From: Spirochaetia bacterium
Lineage (GTDB): Bacteria > Spirochaetota > Spirochaetia > SZUA-6 > Bin103
Direction of reading: 5' to 3'
Length of the DNA: 64,000 nt
NCBI GenBank assembly: GCA_965203905.1
Contig: CBDBDQ010000005.1
Coordinates: 7,712,001 to 7,776,000 of the forward strand
The translations under genes were made by a program, and so were the position numbers. The notes below the pieces were generated by a model, which saw only the letters and a list, made by a program, of their open reading frames with translations, was not told the DNA's origin and ran no database searches. Positions 17,911 to 28,851 of the stretch are shown one piece after another (the first letter of the stretch is position 1; the number at the start of each line of letters is the position of its first letter).

Positions 17911-19374
17911 ATGCTGGGGATGGATCGCGTATACGTTATCAGACACAAGTGGCACCAAGAAGGGCTGTCGATCCGCCAGATAGCCCGTGACCTGGAGATA
18001 AGCCGGAACACGGTGCGCAAGTACATCGACGATGCCGGCGGGCCGCGGCAGCCGGCGCGGTCGAAGCGGGCGCGGCCGGTGCTGGAGAAGGTACACGAGC
18101 GGATCGACGAGATCCTGGAGGAGTGGAGTACGCGCACCACCGACAAGCAGCGCGTCACCGGGACGCTGGTGCATCGCCAACTCCGCGAGGAGGGGTACGA
18201 GGTGGGCAGCACGACGGTGCGCTCCTACTTGGCGGAGCGGCGCCGGAAGCGGCAGGAAGTGTTTGTGCCGCTGATCTGGCGTCCCGGCGACGCGGCGCAG
18301 GTGGACTTCTTCGAGGTCACCGTCGAGGTCGCGGGGGAGCGGCAGAAGGCGTGGTTGTTCGTGGTGCACCTGATGTACTCGGGGCGCGACTTCGCGTGGC
18401 TGTACGAGCGCTGCAACCAGATCGCGTTTCTGGACGGCCATGTGCGCGCCTTCGAGCACTTCGGCGGGGTGTCGGTGCGCTGCATCTACGACAATCTCAA
18501 GGCGGCGGTGAAACGGAGGCTGGGGGTGGAACGGGAACTGAGCGCTCGGTTCCTGGCGTTGTGCTCGCACTACCTGTTCGAGCCGTGCTTCGCGCGCCCA
18601 GGCGAGGGGCATGACAAGGGCGGGGTGGAAGCGCGCGGCAAGAACGTGCGCCTGCAGCACCTGACGCCGATTCCCGGTGGCCCATCGTTGGATGCGATCG
18701 CGACCGAACTGCTGGAGCACCTGGACGCGGCCTGCGACACGCGCGCTGACCAGGACGGTCGCACCGTGGCACAGCGTTTCAGCGAGGAGCGCCCCTTGTT
18801 GCGCCCGCTGCCGCAGCGATCATTCGAGGCCCGCCAGGTCGAGCCGGTGGCGGTGAGCCGCCAGGCGCTGGTGCGGGTGGACGGCGCGCGCTACTCGGTG
18901 CCCAGTCACTGGAGCGGCAGCCAGGCGACCGCCTACGTGGGGGTGGCGGACATCATCCTGGAGTGGCGCCAGGAACGGATCACGGTCGCCAAGCAGCCGC
19001 GCGGCACGCGCGCGGTCCAGTATCGGCACTATCTGGACGAGTTGGCGAAGAAACCGCAGGCGGTGCGCCAGGTGGCACCCGAGCTGATGGAGGAGCTTGG
19101 TACTCCCTACGTGCGGCTGTGGAAGCTGCTGTCTTCCCGCTACGGCGAGCTGGATGCCGCGCGGGTCGTCGCCAAGCTGGTCGGCGCCATCGTCGACCAT
19201 GGCGAGCAACGGATCAGTGAGATCCTCGAGCAGATACTCGCCGCGCCACCGCCCGTGGCGACCGAGGACAACCCGCCGCCGGCCACGGTGCCGGTGCCGG
19301 TCGCCCTGCAGCGCTATCAGGTGGAGTCGACTCCTGCATCGGCCTACAACGTCCTGATGGTGAGGGAGGACTGA
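17911..19374 (+). CDS. istA: IS21 transposase IstA
   Basis: [30 protein letters not shown] and KGGVE motifs. Confidence 0.97.
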   Translation: MLGMDRVYVIRHKWHQEGLSIRQIARDLEISRNTVRKYIDDAGGPRQPARSKRARPVLEKVHERIDEILEEWSTRTTDKQRVTGTLVHRQLREEGYEVGSTTVRSYLAERRRKRQEVFVPLIWRPGDAAQVDFFEVTVEVAGERQKAWLFVVHLMYSGRDFAWLYERCNQIAFLDGHVRAFEHFGGVSVRCIYDNLKAAVKRRLGVERELSARFLALCSHYLFEPCFARPGEGHDKGGVEARGKNVRLQHLTPIPGGPSLDAIATELLEHLDAACDTRADQDGRTVAQRFSEERPLLRPLPQRSFEARQVEPVAVSRQALVRVDGARYSVPSHWSGSQATAYVGVADIILEWRQERITVAKQPRGTRAVQYRHYLDELAKKPQAVRQVAPELMEELGTPYVRLWKLLSSRYGELDAARVVAKLVGAIVDHGEQRISEILEQILAAPPPVATEDNPPPATVPVPVALQRYQVESTPASAYNVLMVRED

Positions 19375-19375
19375 T

Positions 19376-20152
19376 ATGAGCGAACTGAACGATGCGCTGA
19401 TCGAAGAGCACTCCAAGACTCTCAAGCTGCCGGCGCTGCGACGTGAGTACGGTCAGCTCGCCCGCCAGGCGCGCGCCGAATCCTGGTCCTACGAGGAATA
19501 CCTGCGCGAGTTGTTGGACGGCGAGGTCCGCGCCCGCGAAGCCAGCACCACAGCACGCCGGCTGCGCGAAGCACGGTTCCCGGACCTCAAGACCCTCGGC
19601 CAGATCGACTGGACTGCCATGGAGGGCGTCTCCAAGCAGCAGATCCTCGAATTGGCAACCTGCCAGTTCGTCGAACAGCCCGCGGACGTGGTCATCGCCG
19701 GGCCGATCGGCACGGGCAAATCGCATCTCGCGATCGCCCTCGGCGTCGAAGCCGCCCAGCGGCGCTTCCGGGTGCTGTTCGTGAAAGCGGCCGACCTGGT
19801 CCGACAACTCCTGGAAGCCAGGGATGACCGCGAACTCGGTCGTCTCCAGCTCCGGTTGCGCCGAGTGAACCTGTTGATTATCGACGAGTTGGGGTTTGTC
19901 CCCTTTGACCGCGCCGGCGGCGAGCTGTTGTTCAACCTCGTCGCCGATCGCTACGAACGACGCTCGACCATCGTCACCACCAATCTCGCCTTCGGCGAGT
20001 GGGTCAGCGTGTTCGCCGATGAGAAGCTCACCACCGCGCTGTTGGACCGGCTCGGTCACCACGCACACATCATCACCACCAAGGGCCTCTCCTACCGCAC
20101 CGCTGCCCGGCGCCGCGGCGCCGCCAGCGAGGCCGAAGAGCCCGACAACTGA
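19376..20152 (+). CDS. istB: IS21 helper ATPase IstB
   Basis: [22 protein letters not shown] and ALLDRL motifs. Confidence 0.97.
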   Translation: MSELNDALIEEHSKTLKLPALRREYGQLARQARAESWSYEEYLRELLDGEVRAREASTTARRLREARFPDLKTLGQIDWTAMEGVSKQQILELATCQFVEQPADVVIAGPIGTGKSHLAIALGVEAAQRRFRVLFVKAADLVRQLLEARDDRELGRLQLRLRRVNLLIIDELGFVPFDRAGGELLFNLVADRYERRSTIVTTNLAFGEWVSVFADEKLTTALLDRLGHHAHIITTKGLSYRTAARRRGAASEAEEPDN

Positions 20153-20456
20153 TCCGTGGGGGCGGTGTGATGCCCGTGCGCACTGCATATCTGCATATCG
20201 ACGGCCGCCGCCAAGCGAGGTCGCTCTCAGCGGCCCTCCAAGGCCCCGCCGCGAGCCAAGGTGGAACTCCTACACCCCCGTGTTCTGCATAATCATGCAA
20301 CCAAAAACGAACTTATCCACATTTCCACAGGCACTCTCGACCCCTCCCCCAGACCCCCTCCCCATTTACCGCCGCCTCCGCTATAGTTCCTCTGCACTGC
20401 CGGGGTGGGTCAATTCCCGACCGGCATTCTGGCTCAATTCTCGAGCGGCGCGCGCA

Positions 20457-20617
20457 CATCCACAGCCGGCGCTCGTCGACCTGGTCGGCCGCGTTCCGGG
20501 CGCGCCTCCGGAACTGCCGCCGGCGCATGCACACCCGTGGCGCCACGGGTGGAGGGCCCGGTGCATCCGGCGTGACACCCCGGGAGGTGCCGGTCGGCCG
20601 CACATCCATGGGTCGGC
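20457..20617. repeat. Palindrome-rich dispersed repeat, copy A (interrupted by IS21; left part 17766-17791)
   Basis: Inverted homology to 25737-25969. Confidence 0.8.
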
Positions 20618-20770
20618 ACGGCGGTGGCGAAGCCAAAGGAGGCCGGCACCGGGGCGATCGAGCGGGAAGACATCTGGGGCCGATCCGTCGCACCTCGCCT
20701 TGCTGACCTGGCTGGACGGCCGCCCGGGCGCAGGCGCGTGCACACCTGCGCTGCCGCAGGCGGGCCTTCC

Positions 20771-21701
20771 TTAAACCGACCCGGCGGCTCCGGCACCGAG
20801 GCGACCACCGCCCCTCAACCTCGGATCAAGCAGGTCCCGCAGGGCGTCGCCGAACATGTTTAGACTGTAAACGGTAATAGTCAGGCAAAGACCCGGCCAG
20901 AGAGCCAGGTGTGGCGCCTGCTCCATGTATTTACGCCCTTCCCGGCTGAGCAGAGCTCCCCACTCAGCAATCTGGATTGGCAGACCGAATCCGAGGAAGC
21001 TCAGAGAAGCTATACTCAGGATTACGCCTCCGATGTTGATGCTGAATATGATGATTACGACAGGAATAATATTGGGCACGACATGTCGCACAAATATTCT
21101 CCATCTTGAGCTACCAATCGCCTCCGCCGCCTGAACATACACGTTCTCCTTTATGCCAATAACGGCGCCTCTGACTATTCTTGAGCCGCCGATGCCTCCG
21201 GCTATCCCCAGGACCAGTATCATCTGTGGCACACCCCGCCCCACCAGCGACATTATGGTTAACAACAGGAGCAGTCCCGGGAAACACATCCAGGCATCGA
21301 CCAATCTCTGCACAGCCAGGTCCGATTTACCACCAAGGAATCCTGAAGTGCCACCTATCAGGGTAGCGACGACAACATTAACACCGGTCGCGGCCAGACC
21401 GACAAGTAACGAAATACGAGCACCGTAGATAATGCGGCTCAAGAAGTCTCGCCCCAGCTGGTCGGTACCCAGCAGATACTGGGCTGATGAGCCCCTGCAG
21501 CATGTCGTACAGGTGCATTTCATCATATGGATAAGGAGCCAGAACATCGGCAAAGATAGCGACAAAAATCAATATCAATACAATAATCCCGCAGGCAGTA
21601 CCCAGTGGCTTCTCCTTCCACATCCTGGTAAAGAAATCAGCCACCGCGTTGCGTCTCTTTGGCTCGCTTACTGTTGATGGTATCCTTGTGATATCACTCA
21701 T
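20771..21701 (-). CDS. DppC/OppC permease, frameshift near 21490
   Basis: Close paralog of 605-1573. Has one extra G in CAGGGGCTC versus CAGGGCTC. Confidence 0.9.
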
Positions 21702-21719
21702 AATCCCGATTTTCCTCCT

Positions 21720-22718
21720 TTATCTATAACCGACCCTGGGGTCTATATAGGGATAAATCAGGTCGATCATTAGATTGGCCCCCATAACCACGACGGCGAA
21801 AAAGAGATTTACCCCGGAGACCACCGGGTAGTCTCTGCCTTCGAGGGCAACCACCATGAGACGACCCAACCCCGGAAGGTTGAATATGTTCTCCATGATG
21901 ACCGAACCACCTATCAGGATCGGCAACTGCAGGCCTATCAGGGTAACTATCGGGATGAGGGCATTTTTGACGGCGTGTCTGATTATGATTACCCGCTCCT
22001 TGAGGCCCTTAGACCAGGCGGTCCTGATATAGTCCTGCCTTAAGACCTCCAGCATCATGGTGCGCGTCAGCCGCATTGTTATCGCAGCCATGCCCGTCCC
22101 CAGAATCACGCTGGGAATGATGAACACCCCCAGATTCCCCAGCGGGTCTTCCGTGAAAGGAATCGGTTCCATTGGTGGCGTCCAGCCCCACCAGAGTGCC
22201 GGGTAGAGCATGACCATCAGTGCCAGCCAGAAGTTGGGAGTTGCCATGCCGATGATGGCGATGGAGCGCCCCAGGTAGTCGGCGGCGGTATCCTGGCGAA
22301 TCGCCGAGTAGATGCCGACTGGCAGGGCTATCAGCAGCCCGATTACGATTGCCATGAAACCAAGCTCAATGGTGATCGGCAATCTACCGAATATACTGTC
22401 CTCTACCGCCTCCTGGCGGTGATGCAGTGACCGGCCAAGGGTGCCCTGGAGGAGACCGTTGTAGCGGGACTCACCGGTAACCCAGTCAGGGGTCGGCAAC
22501 ACTCCTATCCAGCGTCCATACTGCACGTGCACAGGCACGTCCAATCCCAGCATATGCTCCAGCGCTTCACGGTCTACCTCACGACCCGTGACATCCTTAC
22601 CCAACATTGCGTCTATTGTATCGCCGGGGATGAAGCGGACGGAGAGAAAGACCAGGGTGCTCAATATAAACAAGGTGGGGACTATCAGCAATAACCGCCT
22701 GATAATATAGGCTCTCAT
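21720..22718 (-). CDS. DppB/OppB permease
   Basis: YIIRRLL, QYGRW and LRQDYIRTAWSKGL motifs. Confidence 0.95.
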   Translation of the reverse strand: MRAYIIRRLLLIVPTLFILSTLVFLSVRFIPGDTIDAMLGKDVTGREVDREALEHMLGLDVPVHVQYGRWIGVLPTPDWVTGESRYNGLLQGTLGRSLHHRQEAVEDSIFGRLPITIELGFMAIVIGLLIALPVGIYSAIRQDTAADYLGRSIAIIGMATPNFWLALMVMLYPALWWGWTPPMEPIPFTEDPLGNLGVFIIPSVILGTGMAAITMRLTRTMMLEVLRQDYIRTAWSKGLKERVIIIRHAVKNALIPIVTLIGLQLPILIGGSVIMENIFNLPGLGRLMVVALEGRDYPVVSGVNLFFAVVVMGANLMIDLIYPYIDPRVGYR

Positions 22719-22733
22719 GTCACACTACTCCTT

Positions 22734-22784
22734 GTCATTGCGGCGAAGAACCTGCCCCGGAATGGATCCGGGGCCGCAATCCAG
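22734..22784 (+). repeat. REP-like palindromic element
   Basis: GTCATTGCGGC...GCCGCAATCCAG with a nested CCCGG/CCGGG hairpin. Confidence 0.55.
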
Positions 22785-22815
22785 AGTAATTTCAAATGGT
22801 GCGTTTTCTGTATTC

Positions 22816-22863
22816 GGAACCGGGAGGCTGTCGCCTGCAGGCGCGCCTCCCGGTTCCCTTTTT
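22816..22863. terminator. Strong intergenic hairpin between SBP and dppB
   Basis: 13-bp stem GGAACCGGGAGGC/GCCTCCCGGTTCC. The T-run is on the + strand only, so for the minus-strand operon it is more likely a stability hairpin. Confidence 0.55.
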
Positions 22864-22879
22864 CCCCTGAGATCAGCCG

Positions 22880-24662
22880 CTAATGACCCATTGCTTCCTT
22901 CAGCTCACTATCAATCCAGAGGAAGGTAAAGAGGGTATGCACTTCAAAGCCGCCCAAGCGATTTTCTCCGTTATAGCCTATGAGCCAGGGCTGGGCCAAA
23001 TGAAACACTGGACTCTTTGGACCCCATATCTGGAAGTGGTTCTCTATCGCGTACATATCTGCCTCTGCAATCAGCCTCTGCTGCTCCTCAATGGTAGGAG
23101 CGGCTAGGGCGGCTTCAATGATGGCGTCCAACTCAGGCCACTGGTGTCCGCCGCGGTTCCACTGTGCGTTCGAGTGATACCGGCCTACAAACATGGCAGG
23201 GTCATAAGCGGCGCCCGCAATGGCACTGATCATGCCTTCATAATTACGCGAGAATAGCCTCTCGTGATATTCGGGGTTGTCCAGTGCATCAATCTCAACA
23301 TCGACGCCAATCTCAGCCCAGTAGGAGGCAGCTATTTCTGCATATTCTAAGGTTGCCCAAGCCCCGTAAGTCAATGAGGTCTTGAATCTAGTGTCGTCGG
23401 CGCCGCGCGGATATCCAGCCGCATCAAGGAGCTTCTCGGCTGCTTCCGGGTCATACCTGTAGTATTGCTTGACCTCTTCGGGCCACTCTTCAAATGGGAT
23501 GTAATACCCTTTATTCGCTATCCGTCCCATAGGTGTCGCATCTGCCTGACCCTTCCAGAGCGTGGCCGCAATGGTCTCGTTGTCCAGCGCCATCTGCATT
23601 GCGCGGACCACGTTGATGTCGTTAAAGGGCGGCACGCGATGGTTAGGAGCAAAAGAATCACTCGACCGAGACCAAAGCGTGTGCACCGCGATTTCGGGGT
23701 TGGTCCGCTGCAGGCTCATTACCGAGTTCATATCAGTAACCCACTCTTTGAGATCAATCTTGCCTGAGCGTAGTGCTGCCATGGTTGTTGCTTCCTCTGG
23801 AATAATCAGGACCCTGTGCTCGTCGACGTATGGCAAGCGGTTCTGCGGGTATTTTGGGTCGAAGCCCCAGTAGTCAGGATTCTTGGTATAGGTCCTAGAG
23901 CTGCCCAACACCCACTCAGTCAGCATAAAGGGCCCGGTGCCGACCAGGTTCCTCCAGTCCATATCGACGCCATGTTGCTCGATTACCTCGGGGGGCATTA
24001 TGTAAGCAAAGTCGTCGAGGAGGATAAGCCCCAGCGCAGGGAGGTATGGCTTCGCCAGCTTAATAACAACCGTCGATTTGTCGGTGGCCGTTACCGATTC
24101 CCATGGTATTGCGATGAGTGCGGCGGCGGGACCAAAGGCGCTAGGTCCTGCTTCGGAGAACTTGCCCAGACCCAACATACGGTGAAAGCTGTATTCGACA
24201 TCATCGGCGGTCATCTCCCGACCGTTCATCGGCGCCTTATTATGCCATTGAACGCCCTTGCGGATGTGGAATGTATAGGTGAGGCCGTCCGGGGAAACAT
24301 CCCACTTTTCAGCCAGCCTCCCTGTCACGAAAGACACAGGGAGGAACGATTTTAAAGTCATGTACGTCTCTATCTACTCCCCAGTTGCCGATACCAAGCT
24401 TCTCTACGACGCCCGAGATGGTTAGGGACGAGTACCCGACATAGGGGTCAGCAGGGAAATCCTGAGGACTTGGTACGGCCTTGGTTATTGTCCCGCCATA
24501 CTGTGGCGCCGTTACCATCATGCCGGTGGTCGGGTCGAGCACCATTTCCTTCTCGGCGGCGGACGCCGGCTCCTCCTCGCTGGCAGCGCCGGCCCACAGG
24601 CCGGTTGCGGTCAGGTTGAGGACCAACGCAACCGCGAAGGTCCTTGCAAGAAATATCTTCAT
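22880..24662 (-). CDS. ABC solute-binding protein (family 5), frameshift near 24350
   Basis: Signal peptide, PQYGG, LAEKW..S.DG..YTFHIRKGV, VGTGPF and KNPDYW motifs. Confidence 0.9.
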
Positions 24663-25172
24663 CGTTTCTTCCTTGAATGTTATTTCGAGAGTATTGCATT
24701 GCGGGTTGCCGCTCCGGCTACTCTGACGCCCGCAACGCGGGCGCGCCCGCCAAGGCGGGCCACCGGTCTGAGTCGATTTGTGACGCGCGCAGCGTGTGAC
24801 TCATCCGGGTTCACCCCGGGCTCACGCCGCGCGCGCCCAGGGCTCTTTGAGTATCATTCGAGCCTCCTTCTTCTCTAGATCTACGTCGGGATCTGCGTTA
24901 CAACGCCACGCGTGGCGGTGGTCTGAGCAGCAGTGAGTCTGAATGGCCGCCAACGCAGGCGGTGGGTTTTGCGCGCAGTTAGTAGCAGGCGGGGATCCGG
25001 CACCGTTGCAGTCGACCGGAAGGGTGCGGGCGGTCTTAATGCCGGTTCGGCGATGGACCGAGCCGGCACCACCGATAGCTGCAGCGGTGGTGAAGGCGAC
25101 GGTGTGCGCGGGGGCACGTACGCGGCGATCAGACGGAACGGTTAATTGTTGCTCTAATAAAGAATTGCCCGC

Positions 25173-25196
25173 GGGGGGGAGGGGGGGGGGGGGGGG
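25173..25196 (+). repeat. Poly-G tract (G7-A-G16)
   Basis: Seen directly. Length is unreliable if the data are long reads. Confidence 0.85.
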
Positions 25197-25218
25197 ATGC
25201 ACCGGTCGCTTCACAGCG

Positions 25219-25734
25219 AACCGGTCACTGCGCTGCCTATCATCATGGCGCGTCATCGGCATCCGTCGCCCCAAGCCAGACATGGTAGCGTGGGCGCGAC
25301 CACCCTGTCAACGACTCGGACGTCACCGACGTCACCGAATATGACCGGCCACCGGCCACTGCGCTGCCTGTCGTCATCGCGCGTCATCATCGATCCGTCG
25401 AACCCCAGGCGAGGCAAGCATGCTGTGGACGCGACCACCCTGTCAACGACTCCGAGGTCACCGAACGTCATCGCCAACCGACCACTGCGCTGACTGTCAT
25501 GATGGCGCTCCATCCGCGTCTGATCAACCCGAATCACCATCTTCCGCGGGCGACTCAGAAAAGTCAACGGCGATTCTAGCCTCGTGCACCTTGCCACGCC
25601 CGGCTCTGCGATCGGCTGAACTTGCGCGCCTCACCCCTAACCAGTCACTGCGCTGGCGGTCGTCGTGACGCGTCATCTGCATTCGCCGAACCCCTAACGG
25701 TGCTGTCTCTCGCGAGCGCGGCCACCCTGTCAAC
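25219..25734 (-). repeat. Four-unit degenerate tandem array, each unit with a TTGAC(A/T) promoter-like box
   Basis: CACTGCGCTG boxes at ~25226, 25357, 25483 and 25646. CCACCCTGTCAAC boxes at ~25300, 25435 and 25722, with a variant AAAAGTCAAC at ~25559. Confidence 0.85.
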
Positions 25735-25736
25735 AG

Positions 25737-25969
25737 CGCCGACCCGTGGGTGCGCGGCCGACCCGCAGCCGGGGCGGTATCACGCCGGATGAACAGCGAC
25801 CTCCAGCCGTGGCGCCCACCCTGCCGCCACGGCTGGCATGTAGCTCCCGGCCCGCGACAGGGACATCGTGGGCTGGGAGCGGTTGTTGCTATTCCGGAGG
25901 CGCGCCCGGAACGCGGCCGATCAGGTCGACGAGCGCCGGCTGTGGATGGGCGTGACCTGGCCGGTCAGC
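25737..25969. repeat. Palindrome-rich dispersed repeat, copy B (uninterrupted)
   Basis: Its reverse complement matches 17766-17791 joined to 20462-20617, with an internal indel. Confidence 0.8.
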
Positions 25970-26517
25970 TCGAAGTGGCGCCTGGGCACCGCATTGTCGC
26001 CGCATCATCGGGCACCGCAGACCGACGGCGGGCAAACGCCAGCCAACCGCGAGCTGACGCGCGCGAGTCGATTGCCGGTCGGTGTGGTCGGAGCCAGGAT
26101 CGGGCGCACGCCGGTTGGGGGCCCCAAAAAAGAAAACCTTCGTCTCGTTCGCGTTGGCCACTGGGAGCTCGTGAAGGTCCCGATGGATCAAGCACCCTTT
26201 CTGCGCAGATGAATCTCGGGGACTGCTTCGAGCGCATCGGCCAGACGCCGGAGAAACGATAACGATAGATTGCGGTAATTGCCCGATTCGACTCGGGCGA
26301 TTGCGGGTTGAGATGTACCGACTCGTTCTGCGACCACTATTGATATTGCCGGTCAAGGAACCCCGCCGCGGCGTTGCGAGCGATAGGTCTCGGACTGCCT
26401 CCGGACTCACCCAGCTGGGGCGGAATGCTCAGCCGCGAGCGGCGGGCAGGCCACCGAGGTGAACGCTCGCCGGAACGGACGGCCCACTGCGGCATGGCCG
26501 TGGACCACGTGACACTT

Positions 26518-26582
26518 CCCGCCAGGTATTCGAGAACGTCGTAGACCGTGATGCGATCCCTCGAATGCACGGTCTGCCGAAC
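26518..26582 (-). pseudogene. DUF433 antitoxin-like gene fragment
   Basis: FGRPCIRG/RITVYDVLEYLAG with a 1-bp frameshift; both ends missing. Confidence 0.7.
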
Positions 26583-26669
26583 GCGGGACCAGATCAACGA
26601 TTATGTGATCCAGGAGATCCTGATGGCATCTCAGGATATTTGAGATGGGGATTGGTGAACACGGCCACA

Positions 26670-26837
26670 TGGGGGTCCCGTGTTGTCGGTCCAGGCCGAG
26701 ATCAGCTTCATGTTCCCCGGACGCCTTCACCTCGGCACCGCCAACACTGAGCAAAGTCTCCCGCTTCGAGCGAGCGTCACTCTTGCGGACGTCGCCCTCT
26801 AGGCGACCTCCTTTCCTCTCAAGGGGCCTTGGGGCAC
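26670..26837 (-). mobile_element. Probable group II intron 5' remnant (domain I-like)
   Basis: Starts GTGCCCCAAGGCCCCTT and contains GGTGAAGGC and AACACGGGAC motifs resembling domain I. Assignment is from recall only. Confidence 0.5.
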
Positions 26838-27027
26838 AGTTCAGCGCGGCAGGCACCTGGCCCGGCCACGTAACCTGCCGCACCCCACCACTCGGCGGCG
26901 AAGTCGGCGGGGTGCGCGGGGTTGCCGCTGCCGACGGCGAGGCCGATGGCTCCGCCGCTGGATAACTGACGCGCAGGCGACGCGCGGCGGTACGCTCGGC
27001 ACGCGGGGATCCGGCGATCGGGCCGGA

Positions 27028-27726
27028 CTACGCTGCGCGGCGGTAGATCCAGGCGTCCCAGGACAGGGTGTGGGCGGCGAAGATGCGACGGAATCCGGCG
27101 CTGGCGATGGCCGCGGCGGCGCGGTTCCAGTCGTGGTAGAAGGGGTGGAAGGAGCTGCGCAGCATCTTGAACACGGCGATGGCGAAGCGCCAAGTGGCTG
27201 CCACCAGCCAGTGGGAGCGCGGGACGACCACCGCGTAGAGGCGCTCGGTGCGTTGCAGCGATACCGCCAACAGGCGGTCCAGGTCGGGGTAGCAGCACAG
27301 CACCTTGTCCAGCACCACCAGCCCCGCGGGGGCCAGCTCCGCGGCGCGCTGCACGGCGTCTCCGACCAGAAACGCGGCCCGCCCGCCAAATCCTTCGCGT
27401 TCCGCCGCCGCCTGCGCTTCGGCGATCATGCCGGCGGCCACGTCGATGCCGACGGCATCGGCCGCGCCGGCGGCGAGCACGCGGCGCTGCAACTCGCCGG
27501 TGCCGCAGCCGATCTCCAGCACCGAAGCGCCGCCGACACCGGCCGCCTTCAGCCCGTCGAGTAGCTTGCGTTGCACGGCATCGAGCCCGCGGCGGCGGTA
27601 GCGGCGCGCCAGGCGCGTTGCCTCGCGAGAGAAGAAGCGGTCGGTGCCGGGACAGGGGCCGCCGCGCGAACGCTGCGAACGTCCCGCGCCTCCGACTCCG
27701 CCTCCAGCAGAGCAGCAGCACGCCAT
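27028..27726 (-). CDS. Class I SAM-dependent methyltransferase
   Basis: VLEIGCGTG, GIDVA and VLCCYPD motifs. Confidence 0.9.
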   Translation of the reverse strand: MACCCSAGGGVGGAGRSQRSRGGPCPGTDRFFSREATRLARRYRRRGLDAVQRKLLDGLKAAGVGGASVLEIGCGTGELQRRVLAAGAADAVGIDVAAGMIAEAQAAAEREGFGGRAAFLVGDAVQRAAELAPAGLVVLDKVLCCYPDLDRLLAVSLQRTERLYAVVVPRSHWLVAATWRFAIAVFKMLRSSFHPFYHDWNRAAAAIASAGFRRIFAAHTLSWDAWIYRRAA

Positions 27727-27771
27727 GCGCCCATTATGCTGCGTCTCGGCGGCCGCCGGAAGACCTGTTCG

Positions 27772-28572
27772 TCAGGCGGGGGTTTCCGGGAGCATCAGGC
27801 CGAAGCCGGCGCCCTGCGGGTCGTGCACGAAGGCGACCCGGCCTACCGTGGCGATATCCATCGCCGGCATGTGGACGCCGCCTCCCGCGGCGGTGACCGT
27901 TGCTACCGCGGCGTCCACGTCGGCGACCTGGAAGTAGACGCTCCAGTACGGCGGCACCTGCATCGCGCGCAGCTCGTCGGGCAGCGCCATGAGCCCGGCC
28001 GCCGGCATCCCCTCCGCCATCAGCACCGTGTATTCGACGCCGTGCTCCATGGTCTGACACTCGCTCTTCAGGCCGAGGAGATCGGTGTAGAAGGCGGCGG
28101 CGGCCGCGGGATCGGTCGTCATCAGCTCGCACCACGCCATGGCGCCGGGTTCGTACTTGACGCCGACGCCGATGTGGTTGCGCGGCTGCCACAGCGCGAC
28201 CACGGCACCGGTGGGATCGCTGAGCAGTGCCATGCGGCCCGACTCGAACACGTCGAACGGTTCCATCAACAGCGATCCGCCGAGCTCGCCGACACGGCCC
28301 GCGGTCACGTCGACATCCGCCACGGTCAGGTACACGTTCCAGCACGGGGGAATGCCCCTGCTCCGCTGCTCCTCCTGCTGTGTCTGGATGGCCGCGGCCG
28401 AGGAGCCGTCGAGGCTCGCCATGCTGTATACCTGCTGGCCCGCTTCGTCCATCGGCATGTCCTCGTAGCTCCAGCCGAACAGCTCGCCGTAGAACGACTT
28501 GGCCGCCGCCTGGTCGGTCGTGGCCAGGTCGACCCAGGAGGGCGTACCGGGTACGTGTCGTTCGAATTTCAT
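27772..28572 (-). CDS. VOC/glyoxalase tandem-domain protein (Cfp32-like)
   Basis: PSWVDLATTD..AKSFYGELFGW, DPTGA and a second domain WCEL..DPQGA. Confidence 0.93.
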   Translation of the reverse strand: MKFERHVPGTPSWVDLATTDQAAAKSFYGELFGWSYEDMPMDEAGQQVYSMASLDGSSAAAIQTQQEEQRSRGIPPCWNVYLTVADVDVTAGRVGELGGSLLMEPFDVFESGRMALLSDPTGAVVALWQPRNHIGVGVKYEPGAMAWCELMTTDPAAAAAFYTDLLGLKSECQTMEHGVEYTVLMAEGMPAAGLMALPDELRAMQVPPYWSVYFQVADVDAAVATVTAAGGGVHMPAMDIATVGRVAFVHDPQGAGFGLMLPETPA

Positions 28573-28851
28573 CAGTAGTCCACCTTTGACGGAGCCCGGG
28601 TAGTCGGGGACGTCGATCGACGCCCGCCGGTGGCCGCTTCGGCATGCCGCCTGCGGTCTCGCTCCGCTGCCGACGCAAGGTACTCACGCCGGCGCCGCGT
28701 GTCGACAACACCACCGGGCGAAGGCCAGGCAGGCCCCGCGACAACCCACACCTACACCTGGAGGCCGGCGTGACACCTTGGCTGCTACGGCTCATGCTAC
28801 ACGCCCTGCTATAGTCATGGCACCGTCAGACCACACTCAGGAGGCTACCAA

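Larger units (their letters stand above)
17792..20456 (+). mobile_element. IS21-family insertion sequence, complete (2665 bp)
   Basis: Ends TGCGCACGCCGCTCAGAAAGTGAGCC and GGCTCAATTCTCGAGCGGCGCGCGCA with internal repeats. TSD CATCC at 17787-17791 and 20457-20461. Confidence 0.95.

Noticed and set aside
25219-25734. CRISPR or TIGR array
   Set aside because: Units are 126-163 bp and degenerate along their whole length. No cas or tas gene is recognisable in the window.
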